A stretch of 64,000 nucleotides of DNA from assembly GCA_024998755.1 (NCBI GenBank), contig JACEUU010000003.1, positions 1,291,331-1,355,330 on the forward strand, in the 5' to 3' direction. This document shows, in pieces, positions 31,765-44,367 of the stretch. How positions within the stretch are numbered: the first letter of the stretch is position 1; each line of letters opens with the position of its first letter. The DNA comes from Vampirovibrio sp. (GTDB taxonomy: Bacteria > Cyanobacteriota > Vampirovibrionia > Vampirovibrionales > JAJTHC01). Position numbers and translations under genes: made by a program. The notes beneath the pieces are model-generated. The model was not told the DNA's origin and searched no databases. It saw nothing but the letters and a program-made list of their open reading frames with translations.

Positions 31765-31932
31765 ATGTACCACCCGTATGCGTCAAAAGCCTTGGCATTA
31801 TCCCAGCCGACGGTTACGAAAGCGTTTCAAAAATTGGAGGCGTTGGGTATTGTGGTAGAAGTAAGCGGTAAGCAACGAGGACGCTTTTTTGCCTATTCGG
31901 CTTATACCGCTTTATTGAGCAACCCTTCATAG
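31765..31932 (+). pseudogene. C-terminal HTH fragment of a Fic-family protein
   Basis: LSQPTVTKAFQKLEALGIVVEVSGKQRGRFFAYSAY*. Confidence 0.55.
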
Positions 31933-32093
31933 GCTAAATTTTTAAAACGCCCCCGTTGCGATTGCGAAAGTTGCGAAAGTTGCGATTTTACCCTTCCTGT
32001 TTTAAAAACTGGTGGGCTTTTTGGTTTGCTACAAGGTTTGAAATTCGTTATAATACTTCTATTCTCGTTAATGTTTATAATGAAAGCTTATCA

Positions 32094-35000
32094 TTGTTGA
32101 AATTTATACAACACCCCGCAGATTTACCGCCTGAATTACTGCAAGCCTATCAAGAACAAAAGCTCATCTTCTTTTGTGGGGCGGGGGTTTCCAACTATGG
32201 TGAGGAAATAGATAGCCATTACCATTCATTTGATGAATTATGTAGAGCCGTTTTAGATAGGTTTGATTTATCTTGGGAGTATAGACAATCCAATCTTGCC
32301 CAACAGTTGTATATACAACAAAGGTACGATGAATTACTTGAATATATGGTGGCACAGTATGGTTCTAAACAATTAAATGATTTTATTCAGCAATTGTTTA
32401 CAGAGCCACCAGCCCGTTTGAATTGTTCTCAGCATCAAACTATTTTAAAGTTGGCAAGTGGTGTAGGTGGTAGAATTGTAACCACTAACTTTGATACGTT
32501 ATTTACCAACGCACAGGAGCAATTACCTGAAAGTAAGCGTTTTAAAAATTTGTATGCACCTACCCTACCTATTGCTAGAGAAGAGCATTGGGAAGCGTCT
32601 TCTATTGTGTATTTGCATGGGGGTATGGAAGATACCAACCCCAAAAAACGACTAATTTACAGGAGTTCATGCTTTGGACAAGCCTATATTACTGATGGGT
32701 GGGCTGCCCGTTTTATTACAGAATTAGTGCAACATTTTCATCTTTGTTTTGTGGGTTATAGCATTAACGACCCTATTATGAATTATATGATGCAGGCTAT
32801 TAAAGTAAACGAAAAGAAACACTCTTGTCGTCGTTTTGTATGTCATGTTTCTGATTCGTTTATAGCTGCTAAAGAAGCTCAAACATTATTCAAAATTAAA
32901 GGGGTTGAACCAATAGCATTTAATACTTATCTTGATATGTGGAAAATACTGGATGAATGGCATGCCTTACAGCAACAAGATATTATTACTTTATGCCAGC
33001 AAGCATTTCAGTTGTTTGATCCTAAAGCCAACACCTTAATCCCTGAACAACGTTACGTCATTCAGCATCTAATCACTAAAGAAGAAAAAGAGTTTCGAAA
33101 ACTGGTAGAAGCGGTTACCGCAAAACAACTGCCCATAGGGTTGCTATATGCCATTGGACGCATCGATACCTTACAACGGATGGATAAAAGTGAACGAAAG
33201 AGAAAAAGCCAAGAGGCTGAAACGGATTTCGCTTTGTTTGATACGTTACCGAACTTAATCCAACCAGATTTTAAGCCAAACTGTTCGAATCCTTCATTTA
33301 GCCAATACGGGTACTTGTTTAGTCCAGCCAGCCAGCCGTTACACCCAGTAGCTTCTATATGTGCAACGCTTATTTGTCAAAACATCCATCAACCTGAAGT
33401 GTTGATGTGGGTATTGGAACAAAACGATGGTGGTTATTTAGCTCCATCTTTGGTGAATCAACTTAGTATTGCTTTACAGTTTTCTCAACATGAAGCCATG
33501 CCTGAAGGGCTGAAAAAGGGGTGGGAGCTTTTGTTGTTGAATCAACGGCTATTGCCTCGGGCAATTTCGAATGGGTTTGATTGTTTACCAGATGACCAGT
33601 TACAAAACAATACGCTTGCAACCCGTACCTATTTTACGCAAAAATTACGCCCTTACTTAAAGCTAACACCGCCTTATTACTATCGATTTTTTTTAGAACA
33701 GGATGATGAAAACAATCAACCCCTAGTTTACTATGAAGCAAAAATTGAATTTCAACAAAAGGATTTAACCTTTCACGAACTTGAAAAATGTAGCGAACAA
33801 ACAACAGACCCTGAGATGTTAATAGCGTTAATGGGGATTATTGAAAATACGGTGCATCAGTACTTACAATTGTTTGCTGAAATTGAAAAAGATGAGAGCT
33901 TTATACGTCTTTTTGAAATACCTTCTATCATAAGGCATGGACAAAATCAGGGTTATAGGCAGTTACCGCAGTTGTTTGCTGTTATAGAACTTTTGTTGGA
34001 CAAATTGGTTAAACAAAAAGTAGGCTGGTGTAATCAAACGATGGAACGCTATGCACAACAACCGCATACGTTATGGCATAGAATGGTATTAGCCTACACC
34101 ACTAAATATGAATTAAACCTAGAACCTGCATTGGCACTATTACGGGCTAATCAATACGCTTATATAGAAGTATTTAGCAGAATTAAAAAAGAATTTTATG
34201 AATTGCTAGAATATAAAGCAGACCGATTGCCTGATGATATAAGGCAAACTTGTTTTGAACTGTCACGCCAACCATCGAGAGATTATCAACAACACATTGA
34301 AGTAGGATGGGATAAAAACGAAAAATACAATGTGTTACGGTTGTTAAAAGCTCAAGGTATTGCGTTACCTGATGAAGCCTTAGAAACAGTGTATCAAACC
34401 TTATTGGAAGAACGTCAACAGTATCAACAGGCAGAAGACGCTACAGACCAATTCAAGTTTAGTGCTTATTCTACAGGGTTTACACGGGTTCAGCCCGATG
34501 CGATACCTGAAGAATTAAACGAAGGAAAAACTGACGCTGCGTTATTTGCGTACTTTAAAGGGGAGGGGGTTACCCATCGTTACCACTTGGATTTAGAAGA
34601 AACCTTCAGAGCATTTGTAGAAAAATACCCTGTACGGGCGTTTAATCAAGTATTTAAACCGTTATTGAATGAAAATGCTGCTCAATATAGCAAACTTTAT
34701 TTACGAGCGTTTGATTGGGGATTAGCTGCTTATATTGAACCCATCCATTCTTCTCCTAAGCAATCAGAACCTGAAGCATCGCCTCCTCCTCTGGTTACCC
34801 TACCAGATTTATGGACGTTAGTAGAATCGTTTTTTATGCTTGATACCGTGCATGATACCTGTCAAGCCCTTTACAGTAGTACCGCTTTTATTAGGAAGCA
34901 GTATAGAGCCTTATGGCAGGAAGATACCCATCGGTTTTGGCGGTTTTTTGAAATGGTGTGGCAACGGGCGGTACAAAAACTAGCCATTAGCGAGCAGAGC

Positions 35001-36011
35001 CGTCCAGATTTTTTATCTGATGCTATTAACGCACCCATTGGCAGATTAGTGGAAACATTATTGGATTTAGAACTTCAACGGTTGAATGAGAACCGTATTA
35101 GCACATTATTACCTGAAACGATTACTTATTTAGAAAGTATCCCCACCCTAGAAAACGGTACAATGTTGTACAGCCTGCTAGGTAGCAATTTAGCTTTATT
35201 GCTTAAAATGCACCTTGTTTGGACGGAAACACAGTTGATACCCCTACTAACTTCCACCACAGAACCTGAAAAAACCAAAGGGCTTGCTCTTTCAGAAGGC
35301 TTAATTGGCTATGGGCAGTGGACTGATTTAGTTCACAATCATTTAAAAGAATCGTTACTACAGTTAGATATGGGTGTTCATTTCAACGAACAGAGAGACT
35401 ACCAATTATTTAACAACTATGTATCTCGTATATTGGAATCTTATTTTGTTCCTCAGAATGAAGCACCTGATGTAGAAAAAATAACGCTGATAGAATTGCA
35501 CGCATGGTTGGCTTCCTTACCAACGCCAAAAAGTTTGGATTGTGTGGCTAGAGAACTGGTTGTATATTACAAACAGGTTTCTGTTGATGAAGCTGAAACG
35601 TTGATTGAACAGTTTTTAGCACCACTACTAACGAAGGGGTGGGTTAATACGGTAGATAAAAGAACCCCTCAGCAAACCAGTTGTTTTTTACAACTTGCAT
35701 TGGTGCATCCTAAGTATTTTGGTAAAATTATCAGCATCGTGAAAGAAGCAAACTTGATACTACGCTTACCTGATGAAGCCACATTCCATGATTTGTGTTT
35801 TTATTGGCTTGAAAAAGAACAGCTAGAAGCCTTAGCCCTAGAAGATTTTGAGTTATTTTGCAATGTAATATTAGATTATTTACCCCTGCAACCAATTAAT
35901 ACGAGTACGTATTTATTACAAGAATACTTGTATAAAAGGTTATTAGCACAGCAAACATATCCATTACCGAAAGCATTGGAAGCGTATTTTACTAGAATGT
36001 TACGCAACTAA
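32094..36011 (+). CDS. Defence-associated sirtuin, Dsr1-like (SIR2 NADase plus long helical C-terminus)
   Basis: DLPPELLQAYQEQKLIFFCGAGVS, IVTTNFD, VYLHG, FGQAYITDGWAARF, CFVGYSINDP, late DAINAPIG; start placed at TTG 32094 or 32097 (frame is open from 31956). Confidence 0.82.
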   Translation: MLKFIQHPADLPPELLQAYQEQKLIFFCGAGVSNYGEEIDSHYHSFDELCRAVLDRFDLSWEYRQSNLAQQLYIQQRYDELLEYMVAQYGSKQLNDFIQQLFTEPPARLNCSQHQTILKLASGVGGRIVTTNFDTLFTNAQEQLPESKRFKNLYAPTLPIAREEHWEASSIVYLHGGMEDTNPKKRLIYRSSCFGQAYITDGWAARFITELVQHFHLCFVGYSINDPIMNYMMQAIKVNEKKHSCRRFVCHVSDSFIAAKEAQTLFKIKGVEPIAFNTYLDMWKILDEWHALQQQDIITLCQQAFQLFDPKANTLIPEQRYVIQHLITKEEKEFRKLVEAVTAKQLPIGLLYAIGRIDTLQRMDKSERKRKSQEAETDFALFDTLPNLIQPDFKPNCSNPSFSQYGYLFSPASQPLHPVASICATLICQNIHQPEVLMWVLEQNDGGYLAPSLVNQLSIALQFSQHEAMPEGLKKGWELLLLNQRLLPRAISNGFDCLPDDQLQNNTLATRTYFTQKLRPYLKLTPPYYYRFFLEQDDENNQPLVYYEAKIEFQQKDLTFHELEKCSEQTTDPEMLIALMGIIENTVHQYLQLFAEIEKDESFIRLFEIPSIIRHGQNQGYRQLPQLFAVIELLLDKLVKQKVGWCNQTMERYAQQPHTLWHRMVLAYTTKYELNLEPALALLRANQYAYIEVFSRIKKEFYELLEYKADRLPDDIRQTCFELSRQPSRDYQQHIEVGWDKNEKYNVLRLLKAQGIALPDEALETVYQTLLEERQQYQQAEDATDQFKFSAYSTGFTRVQPDAIPEELNEGKTDAALFAYFKGEGVTHRYHLDLEETFRAFVEKYPVRAFNQVFKPLLNENAAQYSKLYLRAFDWGLAAYIEPIHSSPKQSEPEASPPPLVTLPDLWTLVESFFMLDTVHDTCQALYSSTAFIRKQYRALWQEDTHRFWRFFEMVWQRAVQKLAISEQSRPDFLSDAINAPIGRLVETLLDLELQRLNENRISTLLPETITYLESIPTLENGTMLYSLLGSNLALLLKMHLVWTETQLIPLLTSTTEPEKTKGLALSEGLIGYGQWTDLVHNHLKESLLQLDMGVHFNEQRDYQLFNNYVSRILESYFVPQNEAPDVEKITLIELHAWLASLPTPKSLDCVARELVVYYKQVSVDEAETLIEQFLAPLLTKGWVNTVDKRTPQQTSCFLQLALVHPKYFGKIISIVKEANLILRLPDEATFHDLCFYWLEKEQLEALALEDFELFCNVILDYLPLQPINTSTYLLQEYLYKRLLAQQTYPLPKALEAYFTRMLRN

Positions 36012-36289
36012 AACGCTTCTATGGTGTTTTTGCAATCTTGAAACAACTGTTTAATCATCTGCCATTCATCCTTAGTCTCTTGGCTATAACAACCGTGCTT
36101 AAAATTACCCAAGCGTTGCCCCGCCTTCCCTTGAGGTGTTTTCGTCCCTGTGGATTTTCCCCCATGCAACCGACACCGCCCATTTTTCATGGCAGGTTGC
36201 TTACAAGGTAAACCGCTTCTTTTCCCCGTAGCTCCGCATTGCTTAAAAGGGTGAAGTATCGGGACAAGGGGTAGATCTTCAGTTTTCAT
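36008..36289 (-). CDS. HGGxSTG-domain protein
   Basis: CGATGKRSGLPCKQPAMKNGRCRLHGGKSTG, KHG; GGAGG RBS. Confidence 0.85.
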   Translation of the reverse strand: MKTEDLPLVPILHPFKQCGATGKRSGLPCKQPAMKNGRCRLHGGKSTGTKTPQGKAGQRLGNFKHGCYSQETKDEWQMIKQLFQDCKNTIEAF

Positions 36290-36298
36290 TATAGTCCT

Positions 36299-36395
36299 CC
36301 CCTATGCCACAAGGGCATTGACGGCGGGATGTTCTTTTTGCCCCGCTGGTGGACGGAACGCATCGGCAACTGCAGAGCAAACGCGATGGTCGTTC
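36299..36395 (-). repeat. ~95-nt conserved structured element; second copy at 55434-55533 on the + strand
   Basis: gaacgaccatcgcgtttgctctgcag...gatgcgttc...ggggcaaaaaga.catccc...gtggcatag in both copies. Confidence 0.75.
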
Positions 36396-36862
36396 AAGGG
36401 CTGGTACAGCCGAACGGTTTACCCTTGAACGGCAGGCGATGCCTGCTAGAACGCGATCATTACGGAGGGATTGTTTAACACCCAAAAAAAGGGGGAGTTA
36501 AGGGCTTATTTCGCTATGTCCACCGATACCCTTGAACATAGGGATTGTGCCTCCAAGACACCGAACATTGTGCGAAGCCTCCACAACAGAACGGCTGGTT
36601 ATGGTATTCTCTATCCAAAGCGGTGGCATGACAGTTTGATTGAGACCCTACAATAGCTGTGAAATCTGAGAAGACTTGTAGAGAATTCAAGCAAAAGGTA
36701 GAGTCTACAGGACGTTTTTTCGGCTATATTACGGCTACTTTTTGGCTATGAAAGCAACGAATCCATCAAGCTAAGCCATCAAAAAACCCTGACAAAGGCT
36801 TGCTTATTTCATCCGTATCGGGTAAAATCGGGTATAATCAGGTATGTTATCGGGTATTTTTT

Positions 36863-37918
36863 ATGAATGAAGTCACACTTTCTTTATCTTCCGACCTTGT
36901 CAAACTCATTGCTGAGATTGACGAGTTTAAAGGGCGTTGGGATGCCTTAAAAGTTTTGTCTCCTGAACGCTTGAATGCCTTAAAACATACGGCAACTATT
37001 GAAAGCATTGGCTCTTCCACCCGTATTGAAGGGGTTGCCTTAACAGATGTTCAAGTAGAAACATTACTTTCTAACCTGCAAATGACCTCTTTTAAAAGCA
37101 GAGATGAGCAAGAAGTGGCGGGTTATGCCGAAGCGATGGATCTGGTGTTTCAAGCCTATGCGGAACTTCGCCCCACGGAAAACCATATCAAACAACTGCA
37201 CCAGCTTTTATTGAAACACAGCTCCAAAGATGACCGTCACCGTGGACAGTATAAAACACTCGCCAATCACGTTGTGGCGAAGAACGCTCAAGGTGTTGAA
37301 GTAGGCATTGTTTTTGAAACTACCACACCCTTTGACACCCCCCGTGAAATGGAAGAGTTGGTGCATTGGCTTAACAAGGCTATTCAGGAAGAGAGTTTTC
37401 ATCCGTTGTTGCTCGTGGCGGTGTTTGTCGTGTGTTTTCTTGCCATTCACCCTTTTCAAGATGGGAATGGTCGGTTATCCCGTGTTTTAACAACCTTACT
37501 GCTCTTGCGGGCGGGCTATGCGTATGTGCCTTATGCGTCTTTGGAACATGTGATTGAAGAAAATAAGGATTTATATTACAAGGCGTTACGCCGTACGCAA
37601 TTGACCCTCAACTCAAGCCAACCCGATTGGGAGCCTTGGCTGGGATTCTTTTTGCGTTGTCTAAAAAAACAAAAAGACAGGCTTCAACAGCGATTGGATA
37701 AGGAACGCCAAACCTCTAGCATAGATGAGGCACTGCCGTCCTTGTCTATAGAAATTTTAAAACTGCTAAGCCTTCATGAACGGTTGACCATTGCGGAGAT
37801 AGTGGGACTTACCAACGCCAACCAAAACACCCTCAAGGTAAGGCTTCGGGAGTTAGTGGCACTCGGTCGAATACAGCGTTTTGGCAAGGCCAGAGCAACT
37901 TGGTATAGATTGGCATAG
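36863..37918 (+). CDS. Fic-family protein (class II, N-terminal inhibitory motif, C-terminal wHTH)
   Basis: HPFQDGNGRLSR catalytic motif; SSTRIEG matches (S/T)xxxE(G/N). Confidence 0.92.
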   Translation: MNEVTLSLSSDLVKLIAEIDEFKGRWDALKVLSPERLNALKHTATIESIGSSTRIEGVALTDVQVETLLSNLQMTSFKSRDEQEVAGYAEAMDLVFQAYAELRPTENHIKQLHQLLLKHSSKDDRHRGQYKTLANHVVAKNAQGVEVGIVFETTTPFDTPREMEELVHWLNKAIQEESFHPLLLVAVFVVCFLAIHPFQDGNGRLSRVLTTLLLLRAGYAYVPYASLEHVIEENKDLYYKALRRTQLTLNSSQPDWEPWLGFFLRCLKKQKDRLQQRLDKERQTSSIDEALPSLSIEILKLLSLHERLTIAEIVGLTNANQNTLKVRLRELVALGRIQRFGKARATWYRLA

Positions 37919-38055
37919 ACAAATGCCAAGACCTTGTGAGACCTTGGTGTGAAACGGTTTACCACCACGAGTCATAAAAGACGGCCTGCTCTTGGGCAAT
38001 GGTTTATTTCGCTATGCCTACCGACACCCTTTTATCTTGGAGATTGTGTATCAAA

Positions 38056-38261
38056 CCCATTCAAAGATTAAATAGCGTAAGTTTTCCTCTGTAGGGGTGC
38101 GATTTATCGCATCCGTTTGGGGATTGTGGGGCGGACATGATGAATCACGCCCCTACATTCAACACGCTATTTAATCATTGAATTGGTATAATACAGCGTG
38201 GGTGAAATCGTTCGCCTATTTCCCCTATATTCAACACGCTATTTAAACTTGGAATTGGTAT
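38056..38261. repeat. ATACCAATT-type shell enclosing a REP doublet, followed by a duplicated right arm
   Basis: cccattcaaagattaaatagcgt...gtaggggtgcgatttatcgcatcc...cccctac...acgctatttaatcattgaattggtat; attcaacacgctatttaa...gaattggtat repeated at ~38230-38261. Confidence 0.75.
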
Positions 38262-38532
38262 AAGCCCTTATTACGGATCCATGTCCATGTGAAGTCCAGA
38301 ACTCTTATCGGGTTTTTGGGCAATTTTACAGCAATGGTGATAGATGCTTAGCCGTTCCACGATAACGCCCCGCCTACGGCTATAAAACCCGATGAGTGAG
38401 GCACGGCCTGAAACGGAAAGGAAGAGTGACCGAAACGAATTGCCCAAACAAAAACAAGCCCTGCAAAGCAGACAATATGTGGGTTACAGCAGCAAAATTC
38501 CACGCTGCTAAAGGAATAAGGAGAAGTGATGG

Positions 38533-41520
38533 TTACCTAGCAAGACCATATCGTTCTTCCCTTTTTTGAAAGGCAGTTTTTCCTCCTTCCAAAATGCCAC
38601 ATATGCGATCTCTAATCCCTTCGGCACGACAGTCTTCCAGAGGACCAGATGAATATCTAATACAAGGAAGTCCCCCACTCTTATCGCATTCAGCAATAAT
38701 TACTTGTTCTGAATCAGTATTCACAACTAAATTAGGGTTATGAGTAACTAGAAAAATTTGGCGACGTTTTTTTGCTTCTCGGAAATGGGGAACCAGTAAA
38801 GAGTAAACAGACTCATTATCTAAATTTTCTTCTGGCTGATCAACAATCAAAGGCCGAGTGTCATCAACATCTAAAATAAGATAAAGAATTAGTAACACAA
38901 TCCCCTTGGTACCTGGAGAAAGTTTATCCAGTTCAGTGTTGTTGTATCGCAAACCATACTCAAGAGTGAATGATGCCACGGATACTATAGCCCTCAAAAT
39001 ATCATCAGGCTTGCTCGATTTCTTTAGAAAGGTATCATAAACAGCCTGTTCACAATCGAATGCTATAAATAAATCTTTGACTGATTCTATAAGTAAATCA
39101 TTTTGCAAGTTGCTCCAATAAGATTGGAGTTGTTCAGCTATATTGGCTACCTCATCAATGCTCTTAGGAAGAGACGAAAAACGGCGACCATCAAACAGGT
39201 TCTCTATTCTTTCGTTCCAACCTTTAGTATCAAATCGCTGTCGAATATAAAAGCTTAATTGTTGGTTGCCCAGTCCTGTCCTGTTGAGATGCTCCTCAAC
39301 AGGCTTGTAAAGCTCTGTTAGCAAATCATTCTCTTTTTTGAACGACTCAAAAATCTTTCCGAAGTGTACCCAAATTTGGGATAATTTGTTAGTTATAGCA
39401 GCAACGTCGCTTTCCTCAATCCGCTTTACCTCAATACGAAGTTGGTTCAGTTCGCCGTTAATTTTACTTAGCTGTGTCTGCAAGGATTGTATTTTTTCCC
39501 TAGTTGCTTGGTTCGATGAAACCTGTGTTTCCAGCTCCTTCAGCTTACCTTCAGTCCAAAGAACTGTACCCTCACTCGCAGGCTCGTTGCCGAGGATACC
39601 CTGAACCTTGGATTGAATGCTTGTTTTTGACTCTTCAAAAAGGTTACTAAATGTAGGGAGTAATGCAGTTTTTGGGATTAGAATATCATTGCTATTGGAA
39701 TGCACCAGTCCGAGGTCTGAAACCCGCAATTTAATGGATCTAATAAATTCATCTGTATTTGAATCAAATGAGGCAATATCTTGATACAATTCATCGATAG
39801 AAAGAAGGCGTTCCCGTAAAGAGGCAACCTGCTGATTTAAGCTCTCCAAGTCACTTTGATACTTTGCTAAAGACTCGGTAAATATTGCTTCATCTCCTAT
39901 AGCAAGGGAATCAATTTGATCTTTGAACTGCTTACTATTCTCCTCAAGCTCTTGTATTTTTATACGCTTTGCAGGCAGTGTTGAAATCCTGTCTCGGAGT
40001 GCAAGTCTCTCCGTAATCAAGCCCTCTATAGTTGTGACGTGTTCACTACGCTCCTTATAGATCTGTGCAGTTTGACGCGATCTCAGTTGGTTGAATGAGG
40101 AGGTGCCATAGCGCAAGTCTATTGGAATGTGAGAAAAGACGACCTTCTCAACTTCGGTTGCCAGGGTACCTCCCGCATGATCTTCAGAGCAGAGTTGCTC
40201 AACAAATCGTTGCGAAAGGTATCTTACGCCAGAAGAAGTGGAAGGGGCTTGATTGAGAGTAGCCTCAGATTGCTTTCCGTCAACCCATGCAAGGGTAACT
40301 TTTGTGCCATCAAGGTGTTCTTTTGCACGCTCAATAAATGTTTGTTTCTGATCTGATGACCATCCCCCAGCGGCATAAGCAATTAACTCAGCTAGAGCGG
40401 ACTTGCCTGATCCTCGTGCACCTACGATGGATACTAAGCCACGATTAAGTGGTATTTGAGTACTCCCACCAAACCAGAGATCATTTGCGGATGTAATAGA
40501 TACAGACTCAATAACATGAGCATCCACGTGATGAATGGGTGGAACCTCGCCAATGAAAACACGATCGGCGGGTTCTGCTAATATTTGTCGAAGACCATCA
40601 AAGGTTGGATCTGCCTTTATCCAGCAATAACGTTTCTGGGCTGGCTCTAATAAAGTGGTAAGATCATGTGCATCACAGCCATGTAGACAAGCTTTTTGCC
40701 CACCGCATTGATGTAAAGTATCATCGTTAGAAGGGACTCCAGTTTTCCCAAGCCAAAAATTCCTATCCTGCGGATTCGCAGAAAAAATGGCGTGAGATCT
40801 GGCAGAAATATTTATCCGTAAAGCTCCAAATCCACCTTGGAAACTAAGCCCACCAATACCATCTTTTCCTCCTGAGACAATAATAATCGAGTTAACTTTT
40901 AACCAAGCTTGATTGTCATACCATTCGAAGAATGCAGTTTGTTCGATTTTGAACTGATTAACGCCTTCACGGTATGCAGAAGCGTCATCCTGTATAGAAG
41001 GTTCATAATCTTTGCCCAGTCGAGTTATATCATTCTTAGTACAACGGTAACGCCTGCCGTTACTGTACGAAAATGTTAGCTCTTCTAGAGCTCGATTAAT
41101 TTCGTTCTCGTGAGATGGATCATCAGGTGATATCAAAAGATGTAGGTTAACACCTTGACCAGAAGACGTTTGTGGAGAAATACGAAACTCTATGTTGGGG
41201 AATATCTCGCAAATATTTTGGATTCGGTTGTTTGTGTACTTTTCTAAACGTACTTTAGAGTAGTTGGTTATTGACAGATAATCTGTAATTCCAAGCACAG
41301 CAACATCATTCTTCGATTCAATAATTGAAAAATACGCATCCCAGTCACCTTTAAAACGATCTTCCAAAGCTGTGCCCGGTGTGTGTATATGTAAATCCCA
41401 TCGCTTCCACTCGGAACCTCGTTCAATAAACAGCCTTTGGCCTGACTGTAACCCTTTTTCAATAGGTGATTTTAGAACTGTGGTTATCACAGACGACGCT
41501 TCCATTTTCTGCTCCATCAC
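38533..41520 (-). CDS. PHP-domain plus SMC/ABC-type ATPase fusion (TrlF/Ppl-like)
   Basis: [24 protein letters not shown] (PHP); GARGSGKS (Walker A), coiled coil, [20 protein letters not shown]. Confidence 0.85.
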   Translation of the reverse strand: MMEQKMEASSVITTVLKSPIEKGLQSGQRLFIERGSEWKRWDLHIHTPGTALEDRFKGDWDAYFSIIESKNDVAVLGITDYLSITNYSKVRLEKYTNNRIQNICEIFPNIEFRISPQTSSGQGVNLHLLISPDDPSHENEINRALEELTFSYSNGRRYRCTKNDITRLGKDYEPSIQDDASAYREGVNQFKIEQTAFFEWYDNQAWLKVNSIIIVSGGKDGIGGLSFQGGFGALRINISARSHAIFSANPQDRNFWLGKTGVPSNDDTLHQCGGQKACLHGCDAHDLTTLLEPAQKRYCWIKADPTFDGLRQILAEPADRVFIGEVPPIHHVDAHVIESVSITSANDLWFGGSTQIPLNRGLVSIVGARGSGKSALAELIAYAAGGWSSDQKQTFIERAKEHLDGTKVTLAWVDGKQSEATLNQAPSTSSGVRYLSQRFVEQLCSEDHAGGTLATEVEKVVFSHIPIDLRYGTSSFNQLRSRQTAQIYKERSEHVTTIEGLITERLALRDRISTLPAKRIKIQELEENSKQFKDQIDSLAIGDEAIFTESLAKYQSDLESLNQQVASLRERLLSIDELYQDIASFDSNTDEFIRSIKLRVSDLGLVHSNSNDILIPKTALLPTFSNLFEESKTSIQSKVQGILGNEPASEGTVLWTEGKLKELETQVSSNQATREKIQSLQTQLSKINGELNQLRIEVKRIEESDVAAITNKLSQIWVHFGKIFESFKKENDLLTELYKPVEEHLNRTGLGNQQLSFYIRQRFDTKGWNERIENLFDGRRFSSLPKSIDEVANIAEQLQSYWSNLQNDLLIESVKDLFIAFDCEQAVYDTFLKKSSKPDDILRAIVSVASFTLEYGLRYNNTELDKLSPGTKGIVLLILYLILDVDDTRPLIVDQPEENLDNESVYSLLVPHFREAKKRRQIFLVTHNPNLVVNTDSEQVIIAECDKSGGLPCIRYSSGPLEDCRAEGIRDRICGILEGGKTAFQKREERYGLAR

Positions 41521-44348
41521 TCAAACTCCGCATTCTTGAATTTCAGAACAGAACAGTTTTCTTTCACATCACGTTGAATCTTATCATCAAAGGCTGAAGC
41601 AGTTTCAGCTCTGAGTTCAATATGTAGGCTAACCTTGACATCGTGCCGTGCTGAAAATTTTTGTACTACCTCATCAACGATTTCGGCAAAGGCTAACTTG
41701 GCCTTGATCGGATCAAGCTCGACTGTGCCATAGAATGAACGCTTTACCTGTAGAGACTCAACAGGCATAGATCCTGGCTTGGTTGAGAACACTCCTAGTT
41801 TAGTAGGAAATGGGCTTACAGTTCCTGTTGCTTCCGATACAGATCCAGGTTGAGCATCAGGATTTGTAGGAATTTTAACAGCTTCGGCGGCAGCTTTCTG
41901 CACAAGCTGCTCCAAAGCTACCGAGGGCTCTACCAACAAAAGACTTGCATCCAGAATTGGTATTGTTTCGTTTCCAAGTGTCAAGCCCAAATACCCGTTT
42001 GCATCCTTCCCATAAGCCAGGCCAAAAAAGTCTTTACTACTTGCTCCAATTGCCAAAGTCTTCTTGAATGTCTCCTCATCCCGCAAGCGTGGCAGATAAA
42101 GATAGTTACAGCATTTCTGCCACACTTCGAGAGCCCCTGCGTTATGTTGAGGCTCTTTCCAGAACCAATTTTTCAGGAGGTTTGCTAAATGAATCGGAGC
42201 CCATTCGCTAATCAGTAATTCGTTTTCTCGCAGCCTTAACTCGACCTCTTTCACAAGATTCTGGCTACCACTAGATAGCGCAATAGGTTCCCAGATGATT
42301 TCGGAAAGTCCCTTCCCTAGTCTTTCTTCCTGAATAGGAACAAGCAACCATCGGTAAGTTTCTCGCACCATACGAACCAGAGCCTGTTTTGTATCCTCTT
42401 CATTCTTCTGTGCTTGCCGCGTTTGATATTGATCAAGATTAAGCCTCAGCTCTTTGATATCTGCGTTGATTGATTGCCATGCAAGCACACTACGCACCTG
42501 ATCGCGGAGTCGGGCAAGACTATCAGAGTCTGCAGCAAGGAAAAGTAAGCGATTTTGGCGAAGACGGGGCTGGTCTCCACGTCCTTTGAGGATTTCGGTA
42601 GCCTTTTCCACCGCTATACTAGCGGTAGCCTTTAAGTAACCTGCATCCAAACCCAAAACCACTAGGCGAAGGCTGGAATCATCCGGTACATCACCACTTT
42701 GGGCAAAAATATGAGAAGAGAATACCCCTCCTCTTAACAGCACTTGTAGTTGTTGTTTAACGAGCGGAGACACGTCTTCGCGATCCTGAAAACGACGCTT
42801 GCGGTCTTCCATCTCACGACGTAAGTTTGGTCGAGTATCAAACCAAAAACGACTATTGCCACTGTTGAGGTAGTGAAGGCGGTCAGTCAGCCGCTTGAGC
42901 GCATCCTTGAAAACCGCTACTTGTTGGCCGGGCTGAACACATCCCAGAATGACCCGCTCCAGCTCGATCCCGCGCACCATTTGTCCACCAGTCGTGGGTG
43001 CGCTACCTAAAAAAATCGTCCGAGCTGCTCGACGTGCTGCCTGAACGGAACCAAATCGACCCTCATTGTCAATATTGACAGTCGTCTCTGCTTTTTCTCC
43101 GTCGATATCACGCTCTAGTACAGGATCCCAACCTTGGGGCAGGTAGTAGATCGCTTCGTTACGAACGTCAGAGTCATATAGGGGGATGCTTCCTGGCATC
43201 ACCAGCAAATCGGTGTTGTTATCCTTCCAAAGCCTGTGTATGACCTTGGCCATTAGCTTTAGGACGCCCCGAGTACGCTGGAACTTATCCAAGGTTGACC
43301 AGTCTTCATACAGCCGATCAAAAACTTCTGGATGAATGGGGTAAGCATTCTTCAGCCGGTCGAAATATCGCCCTTCAATGGTTTCATGGGGAAACTCCCC
43401 ATCGTTTTGAATGTAGGTGTCGGCGAAGGCCCGACATACCTCGTCCATAGCTTTGGGGTCACTGAAGCGAACGAATAAACGTCGGCGGACGATCTCGAAG
43501 GCTTCTTCGGTTGCAACAGGCTTCCAAATGGCCTGAACCCGACCAAAATATTTCTCTAGCGCATCTAGTGCAGCCTCAGCCCTTGCACTACCAACCTCCA
43601 GCTTGGATTCTGGTAGCGAGGCCAACAATATGGCGTTGGGCACCGATTTTAGTGCTTCGGTCAGCGATTGAATAAAGGTTAAATTGCTATCAAACGTGCC
43701 GGCCGGATAGCGTTTCCCTTCATCAAACTGGCGCAGATAAGCAACCAGCTCGTCCATGAGGATGACGCAGGGTGCATGTTCCTTGAGCAGTTGAGAAAGT
43801 GTGTCCTTGGCTGGAGACGTTCCGTTGGCATCCGATTCTTTAATCTGATCGAACGCAGTAGCACCGCCTAGTTGCCAGGCAAGTTCACCCCACAAGGTAC
43901 GGATTTCATGGCCATTACGTTTGCTGGGTTTGCTGGGGTCAAGATTGATACCGTCCAGCACCACCAAACGCGCTTTGGGTAGTTCGGTAATACCTGCTGC
44001 ATCCAGGATAGCGGAGATTCCTTGCAGTTCGCTAGCGGGAACCTCGCCTTTGGCTAAGTGATAGACGGCCAGCATGGTATGGGTTTTACCGCCACCAAAC
44101 GCCGTTTGAAGCTGGATAACCGGATCCCCACCTTGTCCTGTGATTCTTTTTGCCACGCTACCAAGCAACAAGCGCATGCCTTCGGTAATGTAAGTACGTT
44201 CAAAGAAATAAGCAGGGTTCTGGTACTCTTCAGTTGCCGACCCGGCATGAACACGCGACAGATCAGCGGCAAACTCGGCTTGCTGGAAAGTGCCTTTCAG
44301 CACGTCTTCATGGGGAATGGCGACTTCACGCCAAGGTTTTAAGGTCAT
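41517..44348 (-). CDS. DUF499-family AAA+ ATPase
   Basis: [14 protein letters not shown]...[40 protein letters not shown]. Confidence 0.9.
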   Translation of the reverse strand: MTLKPWREVAIPHEDVLKGTFQQAEFAADLSRVHAGSATEEYQNPAYFFERTYITEGMRLLLGSVAKRITGQGGDPVIQLQTAFGGGKTHTMLAVYHLAKGEVPASELQGISAILDAAGITELPKARLVVLDGINLDPSKPSKRNGHEIRTLWGELAWQLGGATAFDQIKESDANGTSPAKDTLSQLLKEHAPCVILMDELVAYLRQFDEGKRYPAGTFDSNLTFIQSLTEALKSVPNAILLASLPESKLEVGSARAEAALDALEKYFGRVQAIWKPVATEEAFEIVRRRLFVRFSDPKAMDEVCRAFADTYIQNDGEFPHETIEGRYFDRLKNAYPIHPEVFDRLYEDWSTLDKFQRTRGVLKLMAKVIHRLWKDNNTDLLVMPGSIPLYDSDVRNEAIYYLPQGWDPVLERDIDGEKAETTVNIDNEGRFGSVQAARRAARTIFLGSAPTTGGQMVRGIELERVILGCVQPGQQVAVFKDALKRLTDRLHYLNSGNSRFWFDTRPNLRREMEDRKRRFQDREDVSPLVKQQLQVLLRGGVFSSHIFAQSGDVPDDSSLRLVVLGLDAGYLKATASIAVEKATEILKGRGDQPRLRQNRLLFLAADSDSLARLRDQVRSVLAWQSINADIKELRLNLDQYQTRQAQKNEEDTKQALVRMVRETYRWLLVPIQEERLGKGLSEIIWEPIALSSGSQNLVKEVELRLRENELLISEWAPIHLANLLKNWFWKEPQHNAGALEVWQKCCNYLYLPRLRDEETFKKTLAIGASSKDFFGLAYGKDANGYLGLTLGNETIPILDASLLLVEPSVALEQLVQKAAAEAVKIPTNPDAQPGSVSEATGTVSPFPTKLGVFSTKPGSMPVESLQVKRSFYGTVELDPIKAKLAFAEIVDEVVQKFSARHDVKVSLHIELRAETASAFDDKIQRDVKENCSVLKFKNAEFE

Positions 44349-44367
44349 TGTGTCAATGTCTCCAAGT

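Noticed and set aside
36279..36656. Short ORFs 36279..36485 and 36471..36656
   Set aside because: They overlap non-coding repeat elements and lack protein-like features
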